The position numbers were made by a program, and so were the translations under genes. The notes under the pieces were generated by a model that did not search any database, had not been told where the DNA came from, and saw only the letters and a program-made list of their open reading frames with translations. A stretch of 63,005 bases of DNA, the filler included, from Rhabdomonas costata (Eukaryota): the NCBI GenBank assembly GCA_019059605.1. It is 22 parts of 22 records of this genome, joined end to end, with 100 filler letters (N's around TTAATTAATTAA, not from the genome) between each part and the next. Parts side by side here need not be neighbours in the genome. Positions count along the whole stretch, not along the records: positions 8,685 to 11,453 come from JAHMHO010002106.1; positions 11,554 to 14,321 come from JAHMHO010002107.1; positions 14,422 to 17,188 come from JAHMHO010002108.1; positions 17,289 to 20,056 come from JAHMHO010002109.1; positions 20,157 to 22,922 come from JAHMHO010002110.1; positions 23,023 to 25,787 come from JAHMHO010002111.1; 16 more parts are not named here. The stretch is one strand, 5' to 3'. Each line of letters begins with the position of its first letter. The first letter of the stretch is position 1. This document shows positions 11,301-25,100 of this stretch, piece by piece.

Positions 11301-13143
11301 TCCATCACCGCGACGCCCCCAAATGCGTCACTGTAGAGGGCCCGCCCATGGTCTTTCTGCGCACCCTCCGGCACCACGCCCGGACCGGTCGTAGGCTGAG
11401 GGCGGTTCCCCTTCCCTCCCACAACCTGGTCCCTCGCCCGCTCCCACCACCACNNNNNNNNNNNNNNNNNNNNNNNNNNNNNNNNNNNNNNNNNNNNTTA
11501 ATTAATTAANNNNNNNNNNNNNNNNNNNNNNNNNNNNNNNNNNNNNNNNNNNNGGGTTGGGGATTGGTTTCTGTCTTTCTTTGGATGATTGGGGCTGGCT
11601 TCATTTGAAAGAAAGAGGTCGCCGCAGTGAAGAGGAGGTGAAAGATAGATGGGGTTCCACATTTTACCCATCTGTTATCATCACCAGACCGTGGAGGCAG
11701 CAGCATCGGGCATCATTGCTCTCAAACCTGCAGTTCTTTCCATTGTGCAATTTCGAAGTGATGATTTCATTCGGGCCTCTATTTCTTTCTCTCAGGAGAG
11801 CTTTGGGGCTACCGTGAGAAACCTTTCTGAGCTCCGCAAGTATGTGTCTTGTCCTGGGTTGGGTCTTCTTTTCCGATGAGCGTCCGTCATCCTCGGCGGT
11901 ACCTTCCTTCGGGCCTCACCCGCACCCCCACGTACCCACCCAAAGTGACGGCCACTGAATCGGGAGAGTTTTTCAGGAGAGTCTGCTAGGAACCCATGAC
12001 TTGTGCACAAGCCTACTCAACCTCTTCCGCCCATTGTCATACTTTACGCAGTTCCGTTGGAAGCCACAGCCACAGCCCGTCTTCACGCATCACCAGCAAC
12101 TGCCTCGTACGAAGATGTCGAATAGATGTTTTCAGTCCTTCCGAGATGGCCCATTATTCCTATATATGCAAGTGTGGGAAGAAGTCGGATCCACACCACC
12201 CCTCAGATATGTCTGCGCGGGATCTAAGTCAGTGTTTTCTAGAGTAGCTGCCCAACTCTAGGGCCGACGCCCCCACTCATAACAATTTTATCTGCTTGGG
12301 GCAACCTGCAGCTGGCCTTTTACTTTGAGAGCGACGCAAACCTTGCCAACTGGCCGCACCAACAGCATGGGATTTCTCTGTGGAATACTCAGCCTCCTGT
12401 CCTCTCCTCATTCACAAAGGGTTTCTCAGAATTCACTTTCCCTAGGTTTATGCCCAACACTCTATTCGCGGGCTCCACGTTGGACTCCCTGAACTGCTCC
12501 CGTGGTGGAGCCGGAGGCGTCGACTCCGCGGCCAACCTCATGAGTAGCATCAACCTTCCCAGCCAGGGCTCTGGCGAGGACATAGCGATACCTCGCCTAG
12601 CCTCCAGCGGCACCACCGGTAACGGTGGGGAAGGCTCGCCCTCCCATTCCGTCCTTCACGTATATCGCCCCCGCTCAGCAAGCCCCTCGCGGAGGTCCCA
12701 CAGCCCAAGGCTTGGGAGCGCGGTGGGTGCCTGCCATGCTGGGGTCACCCCGGCGGGACTTAGCCACTCGCTGTGGTGCGGGTGCGTCACCGTCCTCCTT
12801 GCAGACATTACAGGTTGTTGCTGCGGTGCCCTCCGGGGGTGTGAATGGGTGTGAAGGTAGGAGGTCGCATGCATCCCTGGCTGAGTGGATGTCCCCCTTA
12901 TGCCCCTTTCCGAATTTTCAAGCGTATCGGCACTGCACATGTTTCCTTTGATAAGTTCTTCGGCTCTTGTCACTTTTTTTGTTTTTTCAACTTTTTCCCA
13001 CAGGTTTAAATATTGCATTGCCTTCACCCGGACGATGAACACTCTGTGCGCTGCCAATTGTTTTATCCCACTTGCACTGCCATGCAATAAAATGCTATTT
13101 AGTTGGAGTGACACACCCCAGCCTCCGTAATATATGCGGCTAT

Positions 13144-13638
13144 GACTCGTTTGCCCCCCCCCCCGCTATTCAATTTTGCGTAGCGCGCCATTCACGCCGT
13201 GATTAGCGAACGCTAAACTATGTAGATAAAAATGTTTTCATCCATCCATCAGAGATTATTTTCGCCCGAAGGCCAGCGCCGCGACGGCGTAGCCAGCCGC
13301 GGCTCGGCCTGAGCCAAATACCTGAGCGCCGTACACGTACCCCCGGAATTGCAACACCAGGCCAGCGCGGGATCAGAGCACGTACGGGGCTCACCCAGCA
13401 CTGGGGTAAAACGCTTCCATGCGATCACGGAACCCCGTTAGCTACCGTTAGGTCCGTTCCGAAGTTTTTGCATAGCGAATGCTACTCACGGCGGATTAGC
13501 GAGCGCTATTCATGACCAGTGAACGCTACTCACGGCGGAAACGAACTCTATTCATGAATAGTGAATACTACTCACGGCTCAGAAGTGAACGCTATTCACG
13601 AGGGTGAATAGCAGGGGGGGAGCGGAGGACAAAGAGTC
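13144..13638. mobile_element. MITE-like non-autonomous element
   Basis: Left end CCCCCCCGCTATTCA is nearly the reverse complement of right end TGAATAGCAGGGGGGG. Subterminal GAACGCTA(T/C)TCACGG-like motifs are reiterated, and there is no convincing ORF. Confidence 0.65.
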
Positions 13639-15880
13639 CAAGACCATGTATGTGGTATTTTGTGGTGCACAAAAATATCAAAATGTGCACCCTGGGGAGG
13701 CTAGATGCAATCCGATCATGTATGCTAATGTCCTGTTGAGTGCGAGTGTTCTTCAATTAGGATGTAAGATGTAAGATGCAGTTGGGGGGGGGGGCGGAGC
13801 GCAGGGTATGCGGGTCCCGTGTGCTTTATAGTTTTCTGTTTCGAATATTAGAAGAAGATTAGGTGATGGCCCCAAGCTCCTCTCTGACCATACTTCACAT
13901 GGGGATCGAAATCAAATTCTAGAAATTGGGATCCCTTCCATTCACGCGCTGAAGCCTGGGTGCACTGCTGTCTTATTTTTGTCTCCCCTTTTGTGCAATA
14001 CTCACCATCACTGTAGGTGACAGTGAGCCATGACACATCCCCGTAAAGCCCCAGCAAGAGAAGAGGGGTCGTGGGGTCAGTGAAGAGGCTGGGGGAATCT
14101 CACAGGCTTTAACAGAATCCTCAGGAGCGACAGCCTCGGTTTGGCGGACGTGTACAGCGCCTTCCTCTCCCTCGTGACCGCGGTGCGTGTGCCACGCACG
14201 CACGCACGCTCGCATGCACACATCGGCGCGCGCTCGCGCGAAAATGCTCCTTCTTCAGAAATTGTTGACCTCGTACCCCCTGCATCGGTTATTGCTGTAT
14301 ATTTTCAATTTAAATTGAATTNNNNNNNNNNNNNNNNNNNNNNNNNNNNNNNNNNNNNNNNNNNNTTAATTAATTAANNNNNNNNNNNNNNNNNNNNNNN
14401 NNNNNNNNNNNNNNNNNNNNNGGTTTGGGTTTTTAATTGATTGGTCGTTGTGAGTTTTCGGTGGTGGTGGTGGGGGTTCGGATTGGACGGCGGTGGGAGC
14501 AACACATCACGCAGACACATTGGGCGTTTCGCTTCAGTGCCTTTTCTTGCTTTCGGAGAGAAAACGATGCCCACGCAGGAAAACGACGCGGGGTGAAAGA
14601 GGTGCACTGGTGATATTTTTCCTTTCAGACAAAGCGAGAGAGAGTTTGTGAGAGCTATGCAACTAACCGAGGGGCCTGTGGAAGCCTGCCTGATCTTTCA
14701 ATTGCTCCCGGACTTTCGCGACTTTTCCTCATTTCCTCTCTACTTTTTTTTGCTGGCAGTTCTCAAAGGGCTTCAGCAACGTTTGGGAAATAGTGCCTTT
14801 CTTATCGGTACACCAGATGCATCTGTCACTGGTCCTGATTCGCAGCGTTCATTTTGCCCTTCCTCTTGTGTCGGAATGATTTTTTTCTATCCCGATGCGG
14901 CAATAAAGGCCTTTGCGGGAGGGAAGAGAGGGCGAAAAAGAGTGTGCCCGTCTTGCTGACTTTTTCATTTTTTTGGAGGGGGATGGCAGTATGGGCATTG
15001 GGTTGCCTTCTCTGTCCTTACGCCGCGCGCAACGTGGTGGATTCCACTGGGAGGAAGGAGAGAGGAATGGAAGGGGAATGGAAGGGGCATTGCTCGGCCT
15101 TTCTTGTCGCTGGCCTGCACGGGACTGGGCAGAAAACGGAGCAGTGCAATTGAAAGAGGGAAGAACCTCGCGGAAGCCTTTTGCATATCTTCGGCGCATC
15201 TGTGGTTGGTGCAGGGACAGAGAGGGGCACAACGCAGAGTACCTGGTCGGGTGGGGGTATGTATTTCTTTCGGAAATGAAATGTAGCACGAACGCTGCCC
15301 TACCTCTGGGGCACGGTGGGGGTAGCGCTGACGCTTCCCTGAGGTGACTCACACCATCGCGATTATGAAGGAGGGCCCTTGCAATCTGACCATGACTCAA
15401 AACCTTTTCCCCCTTCTGTAGCTTTTGAGTGTATCGCGCTAGTACGCAGTGTGTATGTATCATATGCCGACGGACTGCGGACTCTCTGTCCGCTTTGAAA
15501 AAGGCCAATCTCCGAGCTTAGATGCAACGACCAAGTGGAATTATTCACTGTCCTCATTTTGAGTACTTCACTCCACTTTCCTCTGGTTACGCGGCAGTTT
15601 GTGTTTGCCACATTAGTGTTCGGGTTATCTCCCCGTGTACCCCCCCCCCCAAACCCAGAGCTTAGCACTTCGCTTAGAACTTTGTAACACCATCCTATAA
15701 CGCAGCTTAGGTTGGGTTGATCCCGTCCCTCCCGTCCCATACGGCGGCTTTCACCACCCTTGATGCCCACACCACGGATGGTTTGAGAATAGCGCGTGCG
15801 TTCCGGAATGGCCACAAAAACAGATATCGAGAGCAAGCGGACGAGCGTCTGTGTGTTTTTGCAGAAGTGCGCGTGGATAC

Positions 15881-16550
15881 TGGAAGGTTCACTCGATCGT
15901 GGTTGCGGTCGACCAGGTACACCGCGTATTGAGTGTGGGTGTTGTATAGCTTCTTCAGCACGAGGATGCCGTCCTTCATGGACTGACCTTGGGGGCAAGA
16001 ACACCACAGAACCAGAGATGGAAGAAATCGCCCTCACTGGGCTTGCGCTTGTATTACGTACACTAAGAACGACAAACCACCCAGAGCAACTTCTTGGCAC
16101 AGATTCAGTGTTCAGAGTCCGGCACATCACCGAAGAACAGTGGCTGTGAAAGAAAGGGAATAATGGACGAGCAGAGGAAGAGTTGGAGTAGAGGGTGCAC
16201 GAGAACAACTCCACAAAACCCAGGGAGTGGGAGAAAAGGGGGAGTTTCCAATACATGGAGAGGTGGGCGCAAAAAAAAACACGAAATGTCCGTATGTGTG
16301 TGGGGGGGGCGTATCGGACATCGGCTGTTGGGCGTTGGGCGTTGCGGATGTATACGTAGGCAAGCTGAACAGTCCGAACACAGGTGTCCGGTTCCGAAAA
16401 ACTACCGATCCCGAAGACAAAAAAGAAACCGCACGCACCCGCCCGGCATACCGGTGCTGAGGGCGTCATCCACCCAGACTCCTACCACGGGTGGACTCGC
16501 CGAGGTTCGGGAAGTGTACTTCTGCGGGCCCTCCAGCTGCTGAGCTGTCC
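15881..16550 (-). CDS. Type I phosphoribosyltransferase (OPRTase-like), partial
   Basis: Exons 16550-16452 and 15987 to about 15881 splice to VVGVWVDDALSTG|QSMKDGILVLKKLYN...AVYLVDR. This is a PRPP-binding loop plus the downstream 'xxLVDR' strand. Confidence 0.7.
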
Positions 16551-17288
16551 CTGTGAAAAGTGCAGCGTGTAGACTGATGTCCGTCTCTATTCACTTAAGG
16601 GAAGCACAGCAGAACCTTGAGGAAAGCTTTTTAAGCGAAATCGTTTTCAGGGAATAGGAATTGCAAAGCCAAAGAGGAAACGGGATGAATATTATGTCTC
16701 CCAGAGTATATTGTCGAGTTGACTTGCTCTTTAACGGTGTTAAACGTTTAACAGTCATTTTCTCGGCACGGGGGTTACGAGGGAAGGGGTTACGTTAGCT
16801 GTGCCTGTATTCTCGAGATGATGCCATTTTAGCAAAAGGGATTCAGGTCAACTGTTCTACTGCCCCCTAGATGCCGATTTTTAAGGTTAAAAAATCCGAC
16901 TGCTTAACGGAGTTAAACGTTTAACGTCCCCCCCCCAAAAAAAATACAACAGCCCCGTCTTCTTTCCCAGCAGCTCAAGCCCGCCCTTTCCACGCACGTA
17001 GTTTGCTTTGTAGCACACACTCCTTTTCGTAACCGGAGGATTACTTCAGTTTCCAGTTTCAGCCCAGGCTGCCCCAAGACCTCCACAGGTCCTCCCACAG
17101 GTCAAAAGGTCACCTTCCCGACCCGTTTAAAAAAAGAATTTTCACTTGTACGTCACAGAGTTAGCCTGATATCATGGCCCACAAACCCNNNNNNNNNNNN
17201 NNNNNNNNNNNNNNNNNNNNNNNNNNNNNNNNTTAATTAATTAANNNNNNNNNNNNNNNNNNNNNNNNNNNNNNNNNNNNNNNNNNNN

Positions 17289-19532
17289 GTGTGGATGGTT
17301 TGGAGGATGGCGTGGAGCGCGACGCAGTGAGCGCGGCATATGACATAGTGGCCGACACAGACACCTGCTTGCGGTGAGCCAGTTTGGGGTTCCCCGCGCG
17401 ATTGCTAGGGCTGAGTGTGGGGCTGGCGACGGACGAACGACTGCTCATCTCGGCCGCGCTGCGGGGCACGGAGGAGTCTCCCGTGCGAACTCCACTGAGG
17501 TTTAGCGCGAGGTTTGCCCTCCAGTCCAGCTCTTTGCCGTCCAGCTCGCTCCGGACCTTTGCCCAAGGAGCGAACACGGAAACTTTGTGGCCAGACTCTG
17601 ACAGGCTGCCCTCCGACTCCAAGTCGTCCTTCGAAGTGGAGGGCTCTCTGGCCAAGCCTGCGGATGTGGTCTGAGAAGGCTCCTGAGAAATTGAGGCTGA
17701 GGCATTGGCGTGGACGCGGTAGAACCACTCTAGTTCCGCTTGCAGAGCACGGTGTTCCTCCTCGAGGCTGCGAATGTACTGCGTCCTTTCCTGGGCCTGG
17801 GCTGCCGCAACTCTGGCCTCCTCCTTTTGCAGGTTCAGCTGATCCCGAAGCGTCTCCAGTTCCTCCTCTCGGCTGACGTTTGCCGCACACCCCATCGCCG
17901 AGAACGCAGGAAATTCTGAGAAAAAGTGAAATGACACGACCCACAGCCCACTGCTTTCCCTTGGAAATGAAAGCGGGGTTCCGAAACAAGCTGATTCAGG
18001 AGAGTGCTGGTTTGTTAAGGAGAAAGTGGATATATACAATGAAACGGAACGGAAAGATAATCAGATACCAACCACCAAATTGGGGCCTGTTTGTTGGGGT
18101 GTCTTTCGCTGGAAAATAAACAGGTCAGAATGATGGCGTGGTAAATAAGACGCCAGAAACACCGAGTGTACCTTTGAGGTCCAGAAACTGCGCCGAGGGG
18201 ACCACGAAGTTGACTTTAGTCAGCTGAGAGAGCTTCACCTGGGCATCGTACAGCTGCTCCTTCATTCCCAGAAGTTCGTTGTAGAACTGTCTGTGGTACT
18301 CCGCGGTGTGTTTCTCCATGCTAACCTGGCTGCCCTCCAACTCGTTCATTCGGGAAAGTGTCTGTACAGCCGTCAGAGGATTAAACAATTCAGCAATAAA
18401 CCAAAGCACAACATCAAAGGCTATGAAGAAGTGAGAAATTAATCAAATTAATTGTGGGAGTGCAGAAGAGGTTGTTTCCTCAATATAAGCAATCACACGG
18501 ACTCAAAATTTTACGGGGAGAGAGGGAGAAAGAGAGAAAACACACAGAGAGGCTCCAGAAAAGGCACACCGACCACCGACCAAGAGTAAAAGGACTGGCT
18601 CAGCACATTATCCACCCCAAGCTTCATTAGATGGTTATAGGTTGTGGGAAGAAGATCTTCGGACCTGTTCCCAGGAGCGCTTGATCTCCAGACATCCTCT
18701 GTTGATCTTCTCCAGTTCGGCAACCTTGCCGAGGTACAGTGCCTTGTAGTCCACCTCCTTTCCAGAGGCCAGGGTGGTCAACACGTTTCGAGAGGAAACC
18801 CACCGCATCGTGAACTCCTCCACGAACGCACGAAACAGCGCGTCCAGCTCCCTCCGGAACTTCTCCGTGGCCTCGCGGGTCTTCGTGGAGGCCTGAGTCT
18901 CTTCGGCCGTCTCCTGCTCCGAGGCACCGTTCCCTGTTGTTGAGATGTGACATCCACGGAGAGGCAGCGGGGTCGAAATGTGGAAGAGTGAAAAGCGGGT
19001 GGAAATACGAGAGATCTGTTTACGATTAATGGTGCATTCAATCAGAGTGGCATGATCCTTGTTGTTCAATTTGCCTCTTCACTGGCTGCTCAGTTGATGA
19101 CTTCTCAGTCAAGCGCGAGGCTAAATGCGCCCTAGGGCAAGGTGTATCTGACATAAAAAATTTCCTGCTGAAGATAATCATGCCCAGATGAACTGCTTCT
19201 ATCCATCACTCTCGCTCGCCTTGCTTCTGGCAGCACATCCATTTCAGAACAGAAAATAAAGCTCCCAGTTGTTCACGTGTTCTCATCAGAGGAGGGAGAA
19301 CGGGGGCCGGTAGCACCTGTAGCAAAAGAGGTAGCCAACTTCTGAATCTCCTGCCTCTCCTCAGGGCCCACGGAGACCCCCAGCAAGTCAAACTGCCTCA
19401 GCTTGAGCAGCTCTAAGTTGGTCCCGCAGTGCCCGACAAACTCCTGCAGAAGGCTAACCGCAGCCTTCCAGGAGTTGCGCTCCCACTTACGGACCTTCAG
19501 CTGAAGCTGCGCAATTTTGGTGTCCTTTTCCT
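17289..19532 (-). CDS. Multi-exon coiled-coil protein of unknown function, partial
   Basis: Four phase-compatible GT-AG exons (about 19532-19317, 18933-18665, 18361-18172, and 17915 to contig end) encode E/K/Q/R-rich helices followed by an S-rich tail. Confidence 0.65.
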
Positions 19533-20637
19533 CTGTGGGAACGGAAAGCACAAGAAAGGCCTCAGGATCCGACTGGCTGATTCAAAAGTCGTAATAAGTG
19601 TAAGCCCTCTTCGGTACCAGCATCAAACACCGGCTTTACCTTTTTGGTTTGCTGAGCAGCTCCCGCCGAAAGCTAAGGCCCAAAATGCAGGCTTGCAAAG
19701 GTTCAAAAGTGGTCCTTCTAAACCTCTGTGCAAAGCACAACGGCGCAGTTTGGTTCCCGGTCTTTTCGAGGAGTCCAGGCCCATATTACACAACTACCAC
19801 GCAACCCCCTTTCCGAACTGTAATATATCCAAACTGGCAACTGGAATTTCAGCTTCCTATCAACTGGTAAGCTTGTTGGCGGGTGTGGGGGTGCAAATAA
19901 CAAACGACTAGCTGTGCCCAAAGCCAAAGGCAAAATGCCCACACACACCAAGAACTTTCATGGACTGTGCCCGAAAAAAGAGGTCTGCAATGGAATCCTT
20001 GCGCTTCCCGGAGAGCACCGAGGGGGGGCGGACGGGCTCAGGGACAGTGCCAAAGGNNNNNNNNNNNNNNNNNNNNNNNNNNNNNNNNNNNNNNNNNNNN
20101 TTAATTAATTAANNNNNNNNNNNNNNNNNNNNNNNNNNNNNNNNNNNNNNNNNNNNGGGTGTGGGTGCCAGGCCGTAGCGCGGCGGAAGCGGGCAGATGG
20201 GTTGGGACGTTCCATGGGGTGGATGCTCCGTTTAGCACTGCTGAACGTTTAGCGGTGCTGAGCGCCAGAATCGGACATGCTTCAGGGAATGTTATTCTTA
20301 GGACATGAGGGGGGGGGGTGAACTGTGTTAAGTACCTATTAATGCATTTATTCTGGCTAAATGGGGTTAGGTGCTGGTTTTATGCCCCCATAAAGACATA
20401 CTAAAATGTAAGGGGCCGAAAAATTACAGACGGTTTGGCATTACCCAGAAAAAGGAGATTCGAGCGCAGACTTAACCATGCGTTGAAATGGTGCGTGAGG
20501 TATTTCTACTATCAACCCCCGGCCAGTTTTTCACATTTCCACCTCTCACCTTTACGGCACGGGCAATTATAAGGAGCGCGAAGAGACACAGAAGAAACAC
20601 ATCACTGGGGGGCCAGGGCATCAGCATTAGTGCACAC

Positions 20638-21845
20638 CGGTAGCGGTCGCGCAGGGAGCGCACCCTCTGAGTCTCACTGAGGTCGCGGTTGAACTGCGAC
20701 ACCTCTACCGCGAGGCCCCTCCGCCGCCGTGCCAGCTCCACCTCCTGCGCCGCGGCCAGCAGGTTCGCCTGCTGAGCCCTCTCCTGTGGAGGAATGCAAA
20801 GCAAGCCTTGAGGGTCGTCCTCAAACCGACACCGTGGGCATCGCCTTCGTTAATGAAACGCTTGAGGGATTATTAAACTAGTGCTCCGAACACGCCCCAC
20901 TGAACAGCAGCGTTTTGGACCTGTCCTCAAAACACTCAACGACACCGCGTGCAACGCCTTCAGGAATGAAGCGCTAGAGGGACTTTCCACAATTGCTCAC
21001 AATGCGGCGCACTGACCAGCAGACTTCGGCCTGCCCTCAGGCCACTCCACTTGGTCACCACGTGAGTCGTGTGCAGCGTCTTCATGAATGAAAAGCAGAC
21101 CAGGCGGATCCGTGGATAACCCTCTCTTTCCCACGCCACCCTCAGCCCACCTTTTCCACCCGTTATGATAGTTTTGGTTGGTGGTTTCATTTAAATCGTT
21201 TTTCTGTTGTGTATGTGTGTGTGCTGTCACCCTAGGCTGAAGGTTCATAAAAACTCCGTGGCGACGCCGAAAAAGGCCAAGGAATGCCAAAAGGTAAAAC
21301 AAACAGTTCATTCAGGTTATTCATTTTTCTCGCTCCGCGGCTGGGCTGTGTCGAGGGAAAGGGGGAAGTAAGAGGCCAATACTCCGAACACCTCCATCTG
21401 CCCACTCCAATTACGAGCTCCATCTCAGTCAGCAACGTCGGGCAATAATGCAATTTAACCTCAGTAAGAAGAGCGTTTCCCAGCCCGCGAGCATTTTTTC
21501 AGGCGATGGGAAAATGCGCTTTTTAACGTTTTTCCTTTTAAAAGTGTTCTTCTGACCGAGTTCTCTTTCACAACCGACAACGGAGCAACACACAGTGGAG
21601 TGGTGTCCAGGGAAGGTTGGGGTATAAGCACGTTGCCCGTGACGGCATTACCATTAAACCCAAAACAAAAAGGGGCCCATCGTATCTCGAGCTGTGGAAG
21701 CCCCCCGCCCACACCCAAGCACGCATTCTCTCCCCTCGCAAACGCGTACGGCAAACTCCTCCTTTTCCTGCAGCAGCTTGAACTTGCGCTGGTCCTTCTC
21801 CAGAACCTGCTCCTTCGCCCACGACGCCAGCTGCTCCTTCTGAAG
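20638..21845 (-). CDS. RIB43A-like axonemal coiled-coil protein, partial
   Basis: Exons 21845-21750 and 20783-20638 give LQKEQLASWAKEQVLEK...EEFA|ERAQQ...RRRRGLAVEVSQFNRDLS. This resembles the RIB43A QxEQxxxWxxxQxxEK...FNxxLA pattern. Confidence 0.45.
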
Positions 21846-22118
21846 CTGCGCATCCCCCATCCCCATCACTCGCGTTGAGCAATGTGATTCGGTAACCCGC
21901 ACAAGCCAACCATAAATCAGTTGCTAACTGCTTGATTGCGAGAGAAAAGTAGAAGACGCGTCATTGAATTGCAATTTTCTACAAAGGAAAACCTGTTTCC
22001 AAATTCATTCCCCCGCCTTTTCTTCGAAACAGCTCGACATCACACAGTGAGACCCTGTGAATTAGGGGAGGGGGACACCGTAAAAATGGTGTGCTTCCAA
22101 ATCACATTTTCTACTGAT

Positions 22119-22155
22119 GAATTATAAGAATTATAAGAATTGTAAGAATTATAAG
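22119..22155. repeat. (GAATTATAA)4 tandem repeat
   Basis: Four near-perfect 9-bp units are visible. Confidence 0.85.
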
Positions 22156-25100
22156 TGGGTGCTTTTTCAAACAGATGGAGTCAGATGGAATCGGATGGAA
22201 TCAGGAACAAAGAATTGAGAATGCAGTTGTTGTCTGGACAGCAGAGAAACCCACAGACCACAGAAGCCCACACGCCTTCCAGCGCTCTTCCTGACAGCCC
22301 ACCCCATACAAAAAACAGTTTGGGAAGCCGGTTGGTGAAATGAATCTCGACTTGAACGAGAAGCATTCAACTTTGAGCTTAAACCTTGAGCTTTGGTGGG
22401 GGGGGGTCCTTCTGTTGGCTGACTTTGAATTTAACTTTGTGGATTTTTGACCTCACCCGCCCGAACAGAAATACCCTGAACATTGAACTGGGTTACTCTC
22501 TGTCCACCATATTAAAGAGAGATGAATTTGAAAATAATTTAGCTGGGACCTAACGGAAAGGGAAACGGAGAAAACTGGTTTAAATCGCTTGATTGGGGAA
22601 ACGAACCTGAGTTGATGAGGGTTAAAAAAAACAGAAACCTTCCACAGGGTGTCTCCCTGTCTCCTCAAGAAAGCTCAACTACTCCATCTATCCCACCAGT
22701 CCATTCATTGATATTGATATGGTTTCATTCTAAGCCCAGTTACACCCCGAAATCGATAACTTAGTCCCTGAAGTCTCTGAAGTCTTTTTGGCATGTTTTT
22801 ATGCCGCTGGGCTTGGGTAGTATGCTGTCTCTTGGTGAATACACAAGGTTGGAAACTCTCGATTTACGGTGTAGCCTGCTATAGTTGATATTTCTGCCGA
22901 CACACTCACAGGCAAACACAAANNNNNNNNNNNNNNNNNNNNNNNNNNNNNNNNNNNNNNNNNNNNTTAATTAATTAANNNNNNNNNNNNNNNNNNNNNN
23001 NNNNNNNNNNNNNNNNNNNNNNTGTGGTTGGGTCACACACATGCACGCTTGGCCGCACTGTACAGCGATATACACAGACAGCACCACCGCCCTATAAAGC
23101 GAGCGCATGCTTTGGGGCACGCCGAGCTTGAAGGGACTTGTTGGGCTGGTTGGGCAACGTCGTTTGCTCTCAGCAAGCACAGGCCACCAGACGTGTCAGC
23201 AAACGTGTGGCCCCCAAAAGTCCTCCAAAGCAAGCAGGGCGAGAAAAGGGATGGTCATCTTCCTGCGCAATCTTTCCTTTCAGGGATTGCTTTCAGTATT
23301 TTTGTGGATCCGGCACCCCCCCCCCGTGTATTTCTTATCTCAGTTTTGCCGGTTTCTTGGGCCGGTATGTTTTTAGAGCTCTCGAGCACAGCCTGTTGTG
23401 TGCGCTTTTGTACATAGTGAAACCCCAACAAATTCATTCGCCCCCTCTTCTCCTTCGTTGCACGCTGCTGACATCTGCTCTTGGAACCTTGCTTCGTTTG
23501 GCCTGTCAATCTCTTTGGCGCAATTACCATTTTCACATTTCCATAAAGACAGAAAACTCATTCATCCGGTTTAGCGTTGTGGTCGGAAACTTGGTGGTTC
23601 AATTGCCATTAAGGACCTGCCGAGGCTGTTCACCCCTTCATTCGCGCGTAATTTTGGCACAAGTTTAGAAATCATTCAAGCCTTGTCCATATACAAGAAC
23701 AGCAGGGTCGTTTTCCTCGTGGCGGGACGGCCTCCACCAAATATCCCTGTTATACAGTCTTTCGCTTGCCACTTCTTACCGGGTTTCATAAAACATAGAA
23801 GCGTCACAAGTTGCAGCACAAAGTTGTGGAAGAGTCCCGTTGCAGAGTAGAAGGAGGAGAATTTAGAAGTGCAAGTCTCGATACCGGTGGGAAGATGAAG
23901 AAAGTCAATTCCAAACGGGGGACGCAAGCCTTGCAGAGCGAAGTGCGATAAAAAGGACAGGAGGCTTGGAGTCTCGCGGCCTGCAGGGAGAGTTTTGGTA
24001 CAAGTGGAAGGCCCCGACTCTATGAGTAAGGTACGGAAATAGGCGCGGGGAAAAATCCCAATCAAGGCAGGGAGAAAAGGACAATGGAGTAATGGAGTAG
24101 AAGATTCCAAGGGGCGAAATTAGGGGAACGTAGTGCCGACCGCAGTAGAGTAAGAAGTCACGTAGCATGCGCGGGACCGGGCCTGCGGAGTCAGGGAGGA
24201 ACGTAGTGACCACCGGAGTTAGACACGACAAAGGGGCGCCAGGGCAGCGCAGCGCAGCGAAAATTCATGGGGGTATTATGGTTTCTTCTTCAATTACTTG
24301 TCCCTATGGGCGTGTCCATTTGGTAGAAACCGACCGGGGCCCAAAACAGGATGACAGCGATCAATCGGGATAAAGTCAGCCTGGGTGTTGCCACCTGGCT
24401 AAACCGCGGCCGCGCCCACTTGGTAAAAGCTTAGTCCGGGTACATGCTAGCAGCGGCGGGGCCAAACAGGCAAAAAGTGACAAAAAACACACGCTTCATA
24501 CTCCAACACCAGGAAAACCCACTAACGTCGCAGAACCCCCTGACGTTGATTCTAATCCCCTGTCGGTCCCATTCCCACCACCAAAATGCACCTTGAAACA
24601 GATATAAACCATAAACGTTAACCTTGAATTGAAGCAAAAGAAAGGACCACTTTTCAAACAAAAAATGCCCTTTCTTCCTGTTGTCCGTGCCCCGCCTTCC
24701 CCTTTGTTGGAATCAAAAGCGAAAAGTTCACCAGGAAGAAAAATAAAAAATGCTATTGGCATCATGTTTTGATAACCTTTCGACGCTAAGTTAAAATCGC
24801 TCGTTTCCTCTTAATGTATCACTTTCTTTGCTACGATTCGTGTCCCTTCTTTATTCCTACCAGCGGTTAATGTTCCTTTAATCCACCAAACACTCCGTAC
24901 CAAGATGGCTAAAGGCCGACTAAAAGATTAAGAGAAGTTAATAAGGAAGAAAAGTCAAATGAAGAGACGTTTGTAAGAAATTACCGAGTGCCAAAAACCT
25001 GACGCAGAATAATTGCTAGATCAAAGCGGCGGAGTTGCAGAGAAAACCAGCGGGTTACAAGAAGAGTGTGGCAAATGGAGTAATTGAAGGACATTCGGCT

